In this document: piece after piece, positions 36,656-51,215 of the stretch
How the letters are laid out: each line of letters opens with the position of its first letter
How positions within the stretch are numbered: the first letter of the stretch is position 1
NCBI GenBank assembly: GCA_951406725.2
Contig: OX597843.1
Location: 9,424,001-9,488,000, forward strand
Direction: 5' to 3'
DNA from: Octopus vulgaris
Lineage: Eukaryota
DNA length: 64,000 bases
Notes under the pieces: generated by a model
What the model saw: only the letters and a program-made list of their open reading frames with translations
Databases searched by the model: none
What the model was told of the DNA's origin: nothing
Made by a program: the position numbers and the translations under genes

Positions 36656-37680
36656 TCACTCTCTATAATCCACAAGTGTACCCTTTCTATAATCCACAAG
36701 TGTGCCCTCTCTATAATCCACAAGCATACCCTCTCTATAATCCATCAGCGTACCCTCTCTACAATCTACAAGTGTGCTCTCTCTATAATCCACAAGTGTA
36801 CCCTTTCTATAATCCACAAGTGTGCCCTCTCTATAATCCACAAGTGTTCCCTCTCAATAATCCACAAGTGTACCCTCTCTATAATCCACAAGCATACCCT
36901 CTCTATAATACACAAGTGTGCCCTCTCTATAATCCACAAGTGTACCGTATCTATAATCCACAAGTGTACCCTCTCTATAATCCACAAATGTGCCCTCTCT
37001 ATAATCCACAAGTGTTACTCTCTATAATCCACAAGTGTACCCTCTCTACAATCCACAAGTGTGCCCTCTCTATAATCCACAAGTGTACCCTTTCTATAAT
37101 CCACAAGTGTACCCTCTCTATAATTCACAAGTGTACCCTCTCTATAATCCACAAGTGTACCCTCTCTATAATCCACAAGCATACCCTCTCTATAATCTAC
37201 AAGTGTGCCCTCTCTATAATCCACAAGTGTACCCTATCTATAATCCACAAGTGTACCCTCTCTATAATCCACAAGTGTACCCTATCTATAATCCACAAGT
37301 GTGCCACTCTATAATCCACAAGTGTAACCTATCTATAATCCACAAGTGTACCCTCTCTATAATCCACAAGTGTGCCACTCTACAATCCACAAGTGTACCC
37401 TCTCCATAATCCACAAGTGTTACTCTCTATAATCCAAAAGTGTACCCTCTCTATAATCCACAAGTGTGCCCTCTCTATAATCCACAAGTGTACCGTATCT
37501 ATAATCCACAAGTGTACCCTTTCTATAATCCACAAGTGTACCCTCTCTATAATCCACAAATGTACCCTCTCCATAATCCACAAACGTACCCTTTCTATAA
37601 TCCACAAGTGTACCCTCTCTATAATCCACAAGTGTACCCTCTCTATAATCCACAAGTGTACCCTATCTATAATCCACAAA
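36655..37680. repeat. 24-bp minisatellite, ~43 copies, with a degenerate tail to ~37810
   Basis: Unit ctctctataatccacaagtgtacc. Confidence 0.97.
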
Positions 37681-38889
37681 TATCTACAACAAGCTCTCCA
37701 CCACAGTCAAGCTTGAAGTGTACCTTCTACAAGTCAGAAATTACAATCTACAATTGTACCTCATAACAATATACAGTGTACCCTCTACATGTCACAAATG
37801 TACCCCACATAAAAATCACTGGCTTTAGCTGAGACTTGAAACTGCTTCCTTCACTTCTCCAGCTCTGACAGTTGTCTTTGAAACACACACCCTCACTCTC
37901 TCTCTCTCTCTCTCTCATACACACACACACACACATACATACACACACCCTCACATACATTCACTCATACACACTCAGATACGCATATTCACACACACAC
38001 ACACGCACACAATCACACATACCCTCGCATTCATTCGCTCACACACACACACACACCCTCGCAGTCATTCGCTCACACACACACACACACACATTCACAA
38101 TCATACACACATAACCACACACACACACACACACACACCTTTAGAGGCATTCACTCCCACACACACACACACACACATTAATCTCCCCCACCCCCTCCCA
38201 CATTCACTATCGCACGCTGACCACAACATTGAAGAAGGGTCACAAAAAGTATGTTACAAGGTGAGGTGGACGTGGGCATGGCATGGTAGGGAGCGAAATG
38301 GGAACAGTTTAATCACTGTCAATATGTTTAGACATGTAAGGGGGGGGGGGCGAGGCGGGGGAGGGGAGCAGAGATGTGGGAGTGTGGTGGGAGGTAGATT
38401 AGTGGTGAGAGGGAGGGAGGGAGAGAGGGGGGGGGTGGGGGAGAGAAAAGGTGTGACAATGGAAATGCAGTCTTGTTTTCTTTAATTGGAAGATAGAAGA
38501 TATTTTATAGCTTAGGATATCACAAGGGGAGGAGGGTGAAGGTGGTGGTGGTGGTGGTAGATGGTCGGAATATGGGAGGGAAGAACGAGTGAGAGAGGAA
38601 GACACACACACATAGAGTGCCAGTGCCATGTGTGTATACAAGTGAAGACCTGTGGCCTAGTGGTTAGTGTGTTCCGCTCACAACCTCAAGATCGCAGTTT
38701 CAAAACCCAGACTGGCAGTGCATTGTGCTCTTAAGCCAAATACTCCAGTTCGAGACACAACAGACTGACTTGACCGAGATGCGGTCAGAGCATCGAAACT
38801 GTTCTGCATGCATTCGCGCAGTGTCCAACCATTTCGGGCCTGTGGGCTTATGCCGGAACAGCTGCTGTCATACGTGGGACAAGTCCGCC

Positions 38890-39280
38890 TGTCGGCCGAG
38901 ATGGTGAAGTTGCCGACGACCGCTCGGTTCAAAGTCTCCCTTGACCTCAAGTGGCCTGAACTCTTTACATGAACACCACCCTGTACATAACTCCATGTCT
39001 CCCTACATGGCCTTGCTTTTTGCTTTTAGAGCCCAAAAATTAACTAACTAACTAACTAACACACACACACATAGATATATATACACACACGGATCTGTGG
39101 AATAAGCTGCCGGATGAGATGGTGAAGATGCCGACGACCGCTCGGTTCAAAGTCTCTCTTGACCAGAAATGGCCTGAACTCTTTGTATGACCACCCTCCC
39201 TCTACATAACTCCATGTCTCCCTACATGGCCTTGCTTTTTGCTTTTTGAGCCAAAAAAATTAACTAACTAACTAACTAAC
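38890..39280 (+). mobile_element. CR1/L2-group 3'-end tandem dimer
   Basis: Two units, each ending ggccttgctttttgcttt...(taac)n; WNKLPDEMVKMPTTARFKVSLDQKWPELF. Confidence 0.78.
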
Positions 39281-40009
39281 CCTACAACATCGTTTTAAAA
39301 ATTAACAGCTACCTCGTCAAAATCTCATAGTTACAAGATAATCCGTGATTAGTTCAAAGTAATGTGGATGAAGAAGCATTAATTTTGGTAGAATAGTGCA
39401 AACACTAAAGGGTTAAACAACAACAACAAGAGGAAGAACAAAAGCCTCATCACAATAATTAACATCACATGTTGGTGTTTAAACGAACAACAACAACAAT
39501 AACAACAACAACAATAACAACAACAACAATAACAACATCACTGTCAGTTATTTCCCAACTTCCAATCATTATTTCTGTTACAGTATAGGTGGCGTTGTTG
39601 GTGGGGGGGTTCGCTGGGAGCTGAATGTCTGATAGAGAGGAGCAGCAAGTAAGATGTGTGGGGGGACGGGGCGGCGAGATGTGGGAGGAAGTGGTCCTTT
39701 AATGAGAAAACAAGATGCTGCAAGTTGGAATTCTTGTCTGAGTAAAAGACAAAAGCACAGTGTGTGAGTCTGTCTGTCTGTCTCTTTTATCCTTTACTTG
39801 TTTCAGTCATTTGACTGCGGCCATACTGGGGCATTGCCTCTGGTACCTTTTTTTTTTTCGAAGCCAGGTGCTAGCTTGTTCTATCAAATTCTGTTGCTAA
39901 ACTTACTATGTTACAGGGATGTAAACACACCAACACCAGTTATCGAGTGGAGGTGGTGGAAGGGGACAAACAGACACAAAGACACACACACACACATTCT
40001 ATATACTCT

Positions 40010-40410
40010 CTCTTTTTACTCTTTTACTTGTTTCAGTGATTTGACTGTGGCCATGCTGGAGCACCGCCTTTAGTCGAGCACATCGACCCCGGGACTTATT
40101 CTTTGTAAGCCCAGTACTTATTTTATCGGTCTCTTTTGCCGAACCGCTAAGTGACGGGGATGTAAACACACCAGCATCGGTTGTCAAGCAATGCTAGGGG
40201 GGCAAACACAGACACACAAACACACATATATATATATACATATATACGACGGGCTTCTTTCAGTTTCCGTCTACCAAATCCACTCACAAGGCTTTGGTCG
40301 TCCCGAGGCTATAGCAGAAGACACTTGCCCAAGATGCCACGCAGTGGGACTGAACCCGGAACCATGTGGTTGGTAAGCAAGCTACTTACCACAGAGCCAC
40401 TCCTACACCT
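40010..40410 (-). mobile_element. Family A SINE, full length
   Basis: Match to family consensus. Confidence 0.9.
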
Positions 40411-40448
40411 ATATATATATATATGAGCCAATAAAAATTAAATTAAAT

Positions 40449-40492
<44 letters not shown>

Positions 40493-41727
40493 ATGTGCTT
40501 CTTTCAGTTTCCCATCTACAAAAAATTCATTCACAAGGTTTTGGTTGACCCAAAGCTATATAGTAGAAGACACTTGCCCAAGATGCCACACAGTGGGACT
40601 GAACCCAGAACCATGTGTAGACGGAAACTGAAAGAGACCTGTCATATGTATGTGTGTGCATGTGTATGCCTGTCCCCCCACTATGGTTTGACAACCGGTG
40701 TTAGTGTAGTTACATCCTCATAACTTAGCAGTTCAGCAAAAAGAGGCCGATAGAATAAGTGCTAGGTTTTAAAAATAAGAAGACACTTTTAGGGTCCCAG
40801 TCTACATTGTTCTGCAGCCTGTTGAAGGTTATCCTGTATTCTGTATCTTTGAAAGTTGTGATGATCCACCCTGGGTATTGGCGGGGGGGGGGGCAATGTC
40901 ACTGTAATGATACTGACGAAAGGGGTGAGTGAGTAATGGGGTCAGTCAGGGACTGGACTTGACACTGTGTTAGCCAGTTCATCAATTTCCTTGTTGTGCT
41001 TTCTTCTTCCCCATAGAGAGATGTTGCAGCTATCATGCATTGTGTTATGAGATGGCGGAGAAAGAGAGGCGAAAAGGTGGGGAGAAAGAGATAGGGGTGA
41101 AAGAAGGAAGTGAGGAGAAAAGTTGTGTAGAGAAAGAGGAAGAGAATAAAAAGAAAGAAAACAAAGCCTCTCCCAAAAGAAGAAACAAAATGATAAAAAG
41201 TAGAAGAAACAAAGAAGCAAGAAGAAGAAGAGATGAAAGACAATTGAAAAAAGATGAAGCAAACAAACATACATACACACAAACACACACATATATATAT
41301 ATATATATATCTGAAGTAGAAATGGAGGAGAAGGCAGAGGAGGTTGCTGACTGTAGTGGTAGTGATGGTGAAGTGGGGGTGGGGTGGGAGGTCAGCTTAG
41401 TAATAAGTAAAAGGAGGGAAGAAAATAAGGAAAAATATATATACTGAAGTAGACAGTTGGAGGTGAGGGGGTGGAGACGGAAGGGGTGGTGGTGGCTGAG
41501 GAGGGGGGGGTTTTAGACTGGGGGGGGGACAAGGAGGGGATGTTTAAGTAAAACACCAACACTGATGATGATGATAACAATAACAAAAACAATGAATAAT
41601 AATAATACTAATAATAATAATATCAATAATAATAATAATAATAATTAACCGTTATTGTGTGTGTTGATTTGCTAGTCCTTTTCGTTTTTCATTCATCTCT
41701 CCCTATGTCTTGCCTAACTCCAAATGC

Positions 41728-41761
<34 letters not shown>

Positions 41762-42514
41762 ATCTATTTACATATATGTACTAAGAAACAATACAACCAC
41801 AGATATATTATATAAACTGATATATATATATATATGTATATGCACATGCACACACACACACACTCTCACATATACACATACATATGTACAAAAACAACAA
41901 ATCACACACACACACACACAATCGCACACACACACACACTCTCACATACACATACATATGTACAAAAAAAAACAAATCACACACACAGCACACACACAGC
42001 ACAAAATACACATACACACACACACTCTCACATATACACATACATATGTACACATACATATGTACAAAAAAAACAAATCACACACACACACACAAATCTA
42101 TCAACATATATACACCCCCCCCAACACACACACACAATCATACACACATACAATCACACACACACACACACACACACACACAGCACAAAATATCTATACA
42201 TCATCATAGCACAATAGAAATAATGTTGCCACCGCCACCACCACCGGCATCATCACAGAATTCCATCCACTCCCCCCACGGCCACCACCACCGGTCTTAT
42301 AATTTCTTTCTAGGTGTCCTTTTATTTGTTATTGTGCTCATTATTGTTGCTGTTGTTGTAATTGTTGATTCTTGTCTTCCAGAGTTTTTCTTTTTTTTTT
42401 CTAATTAATTCTCTTATCATATGAATTGCAGATGTCAGCCAGTCAGTCACACAGGGCCCCTCCCCCCCTCTCCCTCTTCTCTTTCATTCTCTCTCTCTCT
42501 CTCTCATTTTACAT

Positions 42515-42562
<48 letters not shown>

Positions 42563-42693
42563 CCACAAACACACACATATATATATACATATAAACACAT
42601 ACATAAGTATATGTGTAAAGGGGTGTGTGTGTGTGTGTGTGTATATATAAACACATACATAAGTATGTGTAAATGTGTGTGTATGTGTGTGTA

Positions 42694-42724
<31 letters not shown>

Positions 42725-42818
42725 GTAAACGCATACATAAGTATATGTGTAAACGTGTATGTGTGTGTGTGTATATATATATATATATGTAAACGCATAC
42801 ATAAGTGTATGTGTAAAC

Positions 42819-42876
<58 letters not shown>

Positions 42877-43753
42877 ACATACAGAAGTATATGTGTAAAT
42901 GTGTGTGTGTGTGTGTATTGATGTCTAAAGCTTCACTTTACTTTCTTGTCTGCCTGCCTGTCTGCCCTCCCGGCCTTCTCTATCTCTCTCCCTCTCTCCC
43001 TCATTCTCTCTCAGGGTTTCCTACCAGATTGAATTTCAAACAGATTTTTCTCTTATGATGACAATGACGATGACAACAATGATGGCCGATGATGATGATG
43101 ATGATGATGATGTTCCCTTCTCTTCTGCACCCAAACCCCCACCCCGCCGCCGCTGCACTCCCACCGTTGCCAGCCCATATTCTCAACACACCCTCAACCT
43201 CCTCCTCCTTAAGCTTCCTACACTCCACTCCACTCTCACTCCACTCAGCAGAATCTAATCAAAGATGGAAGTTAAAAGAAAAACAAAGAGGGAAAGGCTT
43301 CTGGGTAAAGGGGTGAGGGAGAGAACCCCCTCCCCTCCAGGATCGCCCCCCCCCCCCCGTCCCTGCTTCATCACAATTATATTATATCCGAATGGCAATT
43401 GTTGCTGTTGTTTAAACCACAAGTCAGACATTCCAGCAGTGACCATCCCAACTTTATTGTGTACCCCCCCCCCCACCAGAATAACTAGTGGGTACATCGA
43501 TACAATGCGGAGGAGTAACGTTGCTGCTATTTCCAACAGGTACCCTCCGGAGAAGGGGGGAGGGGTTACAGTTGGTGGTGGTGGTGGTGGTAAGAGGAGA
43601 GAGGGAGACAGGGAAGGAGAGAATCCAGAAGATGGTGAATGAGGGGGGGAGAGAGGGAAAAAACAGGAGATAGCAGAGCCCTCTAGTGGTGAAATGTGTA
43701 CTAGTTTTCCTATCTCTGCTGATGCAGAGGTGGTTGGAGGGGAAAGATTTTAT

Positions 43754-43802
<49 letters not shown>

Positions 43803-44022
43803 GTATATATATATATACATACATACACACACAAACATTATGGAAGCCCACATAGACAATAATTGCATGTTTATACATATTAATCAGCAATTTGTGTTTT
43901 TGTGTATATATGCATGAATATATCTTAGTGTGCATGTCTGAATATATATATAATGTATATATGTATATATATATGTGTGTGTGCGTTTGTATGTATGTAT
44001 GTGTATATATATATATATATAT

Positions 44023-44410
44023 ACTCTTTTACTTGTTTCAGTCATTTGACTGCAGCCATGCTGGAGCACCACCTTTAGTCGAGCAGATCGACCCCGGGAC
44101 TTATTCTTTTGTAAGCCTAGTACTTATTTTATCGGTCTCTTTTGCCGAACCGCTAAGTAACGGGGACATAAACACACCAGCATCGGTTGTCAAGCAATGC
44201 TAGGGGGACAAACACACAAACACATACATATATATATATACATATATACAACAAGCTTCTTTCAGTTTCCGTCTACCAAATCCACTCACACGGCTTTGGT
44301 CGGCCCGAGGCTATAGTAGAAGACACTTGCCCAAGGTGCCACGCAGTGGGACTGAACCCGGGACCATGTGGTTGGTTACCAACTACTTACCACACAGCCA
44401 CTCCTGCGCC
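44023..44410 (-). mobile_element. Family A SINE, full length
   Basis: Match to family consensus. Confidence 0.9.
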
Positions 44411-44469
<59 letters not shown>

Positions 44470-44791
44470 TAATAATAGTATTTTTATATAAGCTTAATAA
44501 AGCTTTATGGGGATCCTCATGCAATGACTAAGGAAAATAGTCTAATAAAGGGGCATATAAGCCCTCGACAAAATAAAGAAGGCTTTCCTATCGGAAATAT
44601 ATAGAGATATAAAACGTATGTGTGTGTGAGTGTGTATGTATGTCAAACTGTCTAACCCATGCTAGCATGGAAAGTGGCCAGTAGATGATGATGATGATGA
44701 TATATAAGTGTGTCTACACATGCTTGCACACACACGCAGGCATGTGTGCCACTATGATTGACTGCTAGCTCTAAAAGTTATTTGATCGTGT

Positions 44792-44830
44792 TCTTTTCTG
44801 CTGAAGAGCATAGGCTCGAAACGTAAAAGA
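44792..44830 (+). ncRNA. Hammerhead-like motif of a second repeat family
   Basis: tctttt-CTGCTGA-a-GAGC(atag)GCTC-GAAAC-GTA-aaaga. A decayed homolog with the same downstream tail lies at ~53465-53592. Confidence 0.55.
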
Positions 44831-44919
44831 CTTTCTCACCTTCCCAAGCGTTTAATTTATACACCTGTTTGTTGTTTATACACCTGTCTTCAACTTTTTG
44901 TTTTTCTGTAAATTTCAAC

Positions 44920-44977
<58 letters not shown>

Positions 44978-45035
44978 TATATATAACCGTCTAACCCATG
45001 CCAGCATGGAAAGCAGATGTTAAATGATGATCATG

Positions 45036-45077
<42 letters not shown>

Positions 45078-45093
45078 CACATACACAGAGAGA

Positions 45094-45146
<53 letters not shown>

Positions 45147-45941
45147 TCATCATTTAACGTACACTTTCCATGCTAGCATGGGTTGGACGATTTGACTGAG
45201 GACTGGTGAACCAGATGGCTGCATGTATGTATGTATATATATATATATATATATTTATAGAGAGAGAGAGAGTTAGATAGATAGGCAGATAGCTAGAAAC
45301 AAAGTGAGATACATACATATATACACTGAGATATAGGGATAGAAAGATGAGTAGATAGATAAATAGATGGATACAGAGAGACAGATAGAGAGAAAGGCAG
45401 CCACGTAAAACAGACAGACAGAGTCAGACGAATAGCTTAATAGACAGACACAGATAGTTATAAATATAAAAGCATAACTGTGTCTGTATGGCTTTATATA
45501 TTTATGGTTGAGTTTTTGAAGTTGTCTAACATCTTCTGGTGGAACTGGGAATTTGGTAGGGTGGGTGCAATGGGGGTGATCGTTGCGGGGAGACGGAGGG
45601 GGTGGGGATAGATCATATAGGAGCTGCGATGAAGGGGGGGGATGTTGGTGCAATAGATCACATCCCAGGAGTAACAGGAGCGAAAGGTGGGGGGATGGGG
45701 GTTTGAGGGTTGCGCGGGAGGTGGGGGGGACACATGCAGCAGAGCAGAGGGTGGGGAGGGTTCAAAATTAGAAGTGATAAAGAGATGTGTGTGGGGGAGG
45801 GGGTGAAATAGATGATACAGCGATAGATAGGCTGAAGAGAGGAGACATAATGGCAGGTGATGGTGGAGGGAGGTGGCTGGGTCAGTAGAGATTATGGGGC
45901 CCCAGGAACAGGGGGGGGGCGCCCATGCATTTCTGTGTGTG

Positions 45942-45976
<35 letters not shown>

Positions 45977-46274
45977 GAGTGAGGAGGGAGTGAAGGGAGC
46001 GAGACAGACATAAGCTTTAGGGGGTGGTCGGGATAGGATAGGGGATGGAAGGAAGAAATCTCAGGCAGAGATGAAGCTGTGACTGATAAGTAGGACAAAT
46101 AGACACACACACACACATAGATAGACATGCATGCATACACATGTTTTTGAATTTAATATTGCACATATGCTTTGCGAGGCATCCAAATATAAATTCTGTG
46201 GGCCTCTGTGAGTGTGTGCATCATTTCATATTTTGCTTCAACTCTACACACATACCATACCAATCTAAATATGA

Positions 46275-46342
<68 letters not shown>

Positions 46343-46529
46343 ACATATACATATATATACATATACATATATATACATATACATATATATACATATACAT
46401 ATATATACATATACATATATATACATATACATATATATACATATACATATGTATATATATGTATGTATATATATATATGTATATGTGTATGTGTATGTAT
46501 ATATATATATATGTGTATGTATATATATA

Positions 46530-47260
46530 CTCTTTACTCTTTTACTTGTTTCAGTCATTTGACTGCGGCCATGCTGGAGCACCGCCTTTAGTCGAGCAAA
46601 TCGACCCCGGGACCTATTCTTTGTTAGCCTAGTACTTATTCAATCGGTCTCTTTTGCCGAACCGCTAAGTGACGGGGACGTAAACACACCAGCATCGGTT
46701 GTCAAGCAATGCTAGGGGGACAAACACAGACACACAAACATATACACACACATACACACATATATATATATATATACATACATATACATATACATATATA
46801 CATATACATATATATATGCATATACATATATGCATATACATATATATATATACATATATATATACATATATACGACAGGCTTCTTTCAGTTTCCGTCTAC
46901 CAAATCCACTCACAAGGCATTGGTCGGCCTGGTGCTATAGCAAAAGACACTTGCCCAAGATGCCACGCAGTGGGACTGAACCCGGAACCATGTGGTTGGT
47001 AAACAAGCGACTTACCACACAGCCACGTATGTCCTTTAATTTTTTTTTTTTACTTGTTTCAGCCATTTGACTGCGACCATGCTGGAGCACCGCCTTTAGT
47101 CGAACAAATCGACCCCGGGACTTATTCTTTGTTAGCCTAGTACTTATTCGATCGGTCTCTTTTGCCGAACTGCTAAGTTATGGGCACGTAAACACACCAG
47201 CATCGGTTGTCAAGCGATGTTGGGAGGGACAAACACACACACATATACGCCGGGCGTCTT
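46530..47260 (-). mobile_element. Family A SINE with expanded TA tract, plus a second tail copy
   Basis: Copies at 46530-47026 and 47050-47260. Confidence 0.85.
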
Positions 47261-48049
47261 TCTTATGAGACACATAAATACATAAATGAAGAGAGAGACA
47301 GAGTGAGGGAGAGTGAGTGAGTGAGAGAGAGAGAGAGAGAGAGAGAGAAAGGGTCGTGTATGTATGTCAACACCTTCTCTTTATTGCATACAACAGGATG
47401 TCTCTCATAAACCCTGATTGCACAAATGTACACATGTCCTGTGTATACATAAATTTGTGTGCAGCTATGGAGGTCATCTGTTATTTTTTTCAACCACTGG
47501 ATGGTGGCCATACTGGTGCACTCCGTTGCCGAGTTTAGTCCAGTGGCATCAACCCACTTTTTATTTTTTAATTTTTTTTATTTATGGACTCCTTTGAGCC
47601 TTAGTTTACTCTGGTGGACCTTTACAACTATTTCATGTTTAAAAAATCCTATTAACCCTTTAGCATTTAATCCGGCCATATCCGGCCCAAATATTCCACC
47701 TGTTTTATGTTAAAACTGTCTGGATCCAACCTCTCACACCTACCCTACAATGTCATTTTAAAAATATATAGCCACACCATTTAAATTTTAAAGTTGCAAA
47801 AATAATATGGGATTAATTTAAAACAGTATGAATAAATACGCAAAAAATTTCACAAAGAAATCTGAATCCTAAAAGGTTAAATATTATTAGGATTTGTATA
47901 AAATATTGTTAGACATTTCGTATAATGAATTATAACCAAATTTATTGCAGATAAATTTTGACAACAACAACCTCATAAGGGACCTCTAAAAGTTACTTAG
48001 ACCCCAGTACTCATCCCTTTTCGTTAAGCTTGGTAGTTGTTCGTCTTAT

Positions 48050-48390
48050 CAAAGTCTCCCTTCACCTCAAGTGGCCTGAACTCTTTACATGAACACCACC
48101 CTGTACATAACTCCATTTCCCCCTACATGGCCTTGCTTTTTGCTTTTTGAGCCAAAAATTAACTACCTAACTAACACACACACACAGACATATACACACA
48201 CATGAATCCGTGGAATAAGCTGCCGGACGAGATGGTGAAGATGTCGACGACCGCTCGGTTCAAAGTCTTCCTTGACCTCAAGTGGCCTGAACTCTTTACA
48301 TGAACACCACCCTGTACATAACTCCATGTCCCCCTACATGGCCTTGCTTTTTGCTTTTTGAGCCAAAAAAATTAACTAACTAACTAACTA
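48050..48390 (+). mobile_element. CR1/L2-group 3'-end tandem dimer
   Basis: Same unit and same (taac)n-acacacatatacaca junction as 38890-39280. Confidence 0.78.
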
Positions 48391-49703
48391 AGTAACTTAT
48401 AGGGATGTAAAGAAACCAACACAGGGTATCACCACATGAGGCAATGACAAGTGACTGAGACCCTTGACAATATGCCATTCTTCAGGAAGACCCATCAAGC
48501 CCGTGCTGCCGGCATGTAAAAAGCACCCATTACACGTTTGGGGGTGGTTGGCGTTAGGAAGGGCATGCAGCTTGTAGAAACCGTACCAAACCAGACTGGA
48601 ACCTGGTGCAGCTCTCCAGTATCATCATCATCATCATCTTCGTTTAGCGTCCGCTTTCCATGCTAGCATGGGTTGGACGGTTCAACTGGGGTCTGGGAAG
48701 CCAGAAGGCTGCACCAGGCCCAGTCTGATCTGGCAGTATTTCTACAGCTGGATGTCCTTCCTAATGCCAACCACTCCGTGAGTGTAGTGGGTGCTTATTA
48801 TGTGCCACCTGCACAGGTGCCAGACAAGGCTGGCAAACGGCCACGATCCGATGGTGCTTTTTATGTATATATAAACTAAATGGACCTCAGTCAGTTCCAG
48901 TGATGACTATCTCAGCTGTTCGCTACCCAAACTACCTCTACCCATAGTGTTTTAGTGTAAGTGCCCGATTTATTGCACAGACATAAATGCCACAATATTA
49001 GACGAGACTACAGGCTTGAATTACGAGTATAGTTCACCCAAGAACATTCCACAGAGTTTCCACCTACCCAACATCAACCATAAAGTTTGGAATACCCCAA
49101 AACTATAAATACAAAACTCTCTTGCACAAGATACCATGACATGAGATTGAACTCAGGCCTCAGGGATTGCTAAACCTTTTAACTACTTGGTCATACAACT
49201 AGTTAGGAAGTACACACATACACGCACTATACATGTGCGACTATTTACTGGTTGCATACCCATTAGCTAATGTCGAGTAGGACTGAGAGTGGAGGTGCAA
49301 CGGCTCAGTGGTTAGGGCAGCGGACTCGTGGTTGGAGGATCGTGGTTTCGAATCAGACAGACAGATAGATAGATAGATAGACAGATAGATAGGCAGATAG
49401 CTAGAAACAAAGTTAGATAGATACATACACTTAGATATAGGGATAGAAAGATGAGTAGATAGATAGATAGGCAGATAGCTAGAAACAAAGTGATATAGAT
49501 ACATACATACACTGAGATATAGGGATAGAAAGATGAGTAGATAGATAGATAGATGGATACAGAGAGACAGACAGAGAATCAGACAAATAGCTTAATAGAC
49601 AGATACAGATAGTTATAAATATAAAACCATACTGTGTCTGTATGGCTTTATATACTTATAAAGGGCGGATCACAACTCTGCAGAACTCTCTGTACCTTCC
49701 AAA

Positions 49704-50190
49704 TGCATAAGATCTGGTCATCAAATCTAAGTAGAGACTTCAAACTTGAAATCTTCAAAGCCACAGTCGAACCAATTCTACTAAATGGCTCAGAAACCTG
49801 GACGCTATCAAAGAAGCTTGAGAGGCGGTTGGATGGAACCTACACTCGCCTCCTTATGAGAGCTCAAAATCTCTCATGTAAGCGTCATCCAACCAAAGTA
49901 CAAATATATGGGAAACTACCACCTGTGTCATCTCTTGTGAAAGGTAGGAGAGTCCAGTTTGCTGGACATTGTTGTAGAGCTGAAAACGAGGTAATTTCTA
50001 CTCTTCTCCTCTGGAAGCCAGCTACTCGCAATACCAGAGGGCGCACACTCTCCTACCCTGATGTAATCTCCAGGGATACAGGCATCCAGCAACAGGACCT
50101 CCGTAATGCCATGATGGACCGTGAAGTCTGGCGTAGCATGGTAAAAATTCCATTGTCTCGACCACGGTCGAACAATGGATGAATGAATGA
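49704..50190 (+). mobile_element. 5'-truncated RTE-A LINE (no internal duplication)
   Basis: Open ORF2 C-terminus MHKIWSSNLSRDFKLEIFKATVEPILL...DREVWRSMV; 13-bp TSD tgtaccttccaaa at 49691-49703 and 50191-50203. Confidence 0.93.
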
Positions 50191-50731
50191 TGTACCTTCC
50201 AAACTAGGGAGCAGTTTATTTAAACTCATATTCAGGACATATACAACTTTTATTTCTACACACTTTGGGGCTTGCTTTCTTTCTAATCCCTTGTTTGTCC
50301 TGATGAAAGACAATTGTCCGAAACCTCTTCCTTTTCCACTGATATTTCATGTCTTTTTTGTTTTTGCTTTCTATTTACCCCAACACACAGATACACAAAT
50401 AGTCACACAGATATATAAAGAGGAAGGGGGTAAAATATAAGATGATTGGTGCTTTAGAGATTTTGACATTGGGGGTGGTGGCGGTGGTGGGTGACATATA
50501 TATAAAGTGGGGTGGGAATTGGGGTGGGGGGAAGTGCTGATGCTTGGCAACAATGATGTGGAATTTGGAGTTCTGTGATAGAGGAAGGAGGCGGATAGTA
50601 GACAATATTGAGGTTGGTGATAGATACATGTGTGTTGGGGGTGGCAACAGTAGAGGAAGAAAGAAAGGAGAGGGTGCATGTGGAAGACACTAAGAAAGCA
50701 GGTGGGGTGCGGGGAGATGTTGGATTGAAGA

Positions 50732-50768
<37 letters not shown>

Positions 50769-51184
50769 AGGGGGGAAAGAATGGACTGGTGTCAAAGAAG
50801 AACAGTCAAGATGAGAAGAGGGAAGGGAGAGCGGGGCGGGGAGGGGGTTAACTATTGGTAGGTGGGGTGTCGTGGGGGGGAAAGGGTACTGCAGTGAAGT
50901 GAAGAAATGGAAAGATATGGGTCGCGAAAGGGGGGTGGAGAGCAGGGTGGAAGATGAAAGGGAGAAAAGACAGAAACTTGTCAGGAAGGAAGGAAGGAAG
51001 GTAGGAGAAAGGGAAGGATGGGGGAGGGAATTTTTTTACCCCCCCCCCCGGGGGGGGGAAGGAGAGAGTGTGAAGAGAAAGAGAAAGAGAGTCGTAGCGT
51101 TTGAAAGAGAGAGGGAGGGAGGCGAGATAAAGAAATAGTACATTTTGTGTGATGTGGGTGTAAAGGGTTATGATGTTGATGTTG

Positions 51185-51215
<31 letters not shown>

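Noticed and set aside
36518-37766. YPLYNPQV / CTLSIIHK repeat proteins
   Set aside because: 24-bp minisatellite with frame-breaking indels; begins inside a SINE and has no splice signals.
40900-41040. Minus-strand KEIDELANTVSSPVPD, superficially like CUX EIDALS...VPD
   Set aside because: Spacing is wrong, an in-frame stop follows immediately, and there are no good splice sites.
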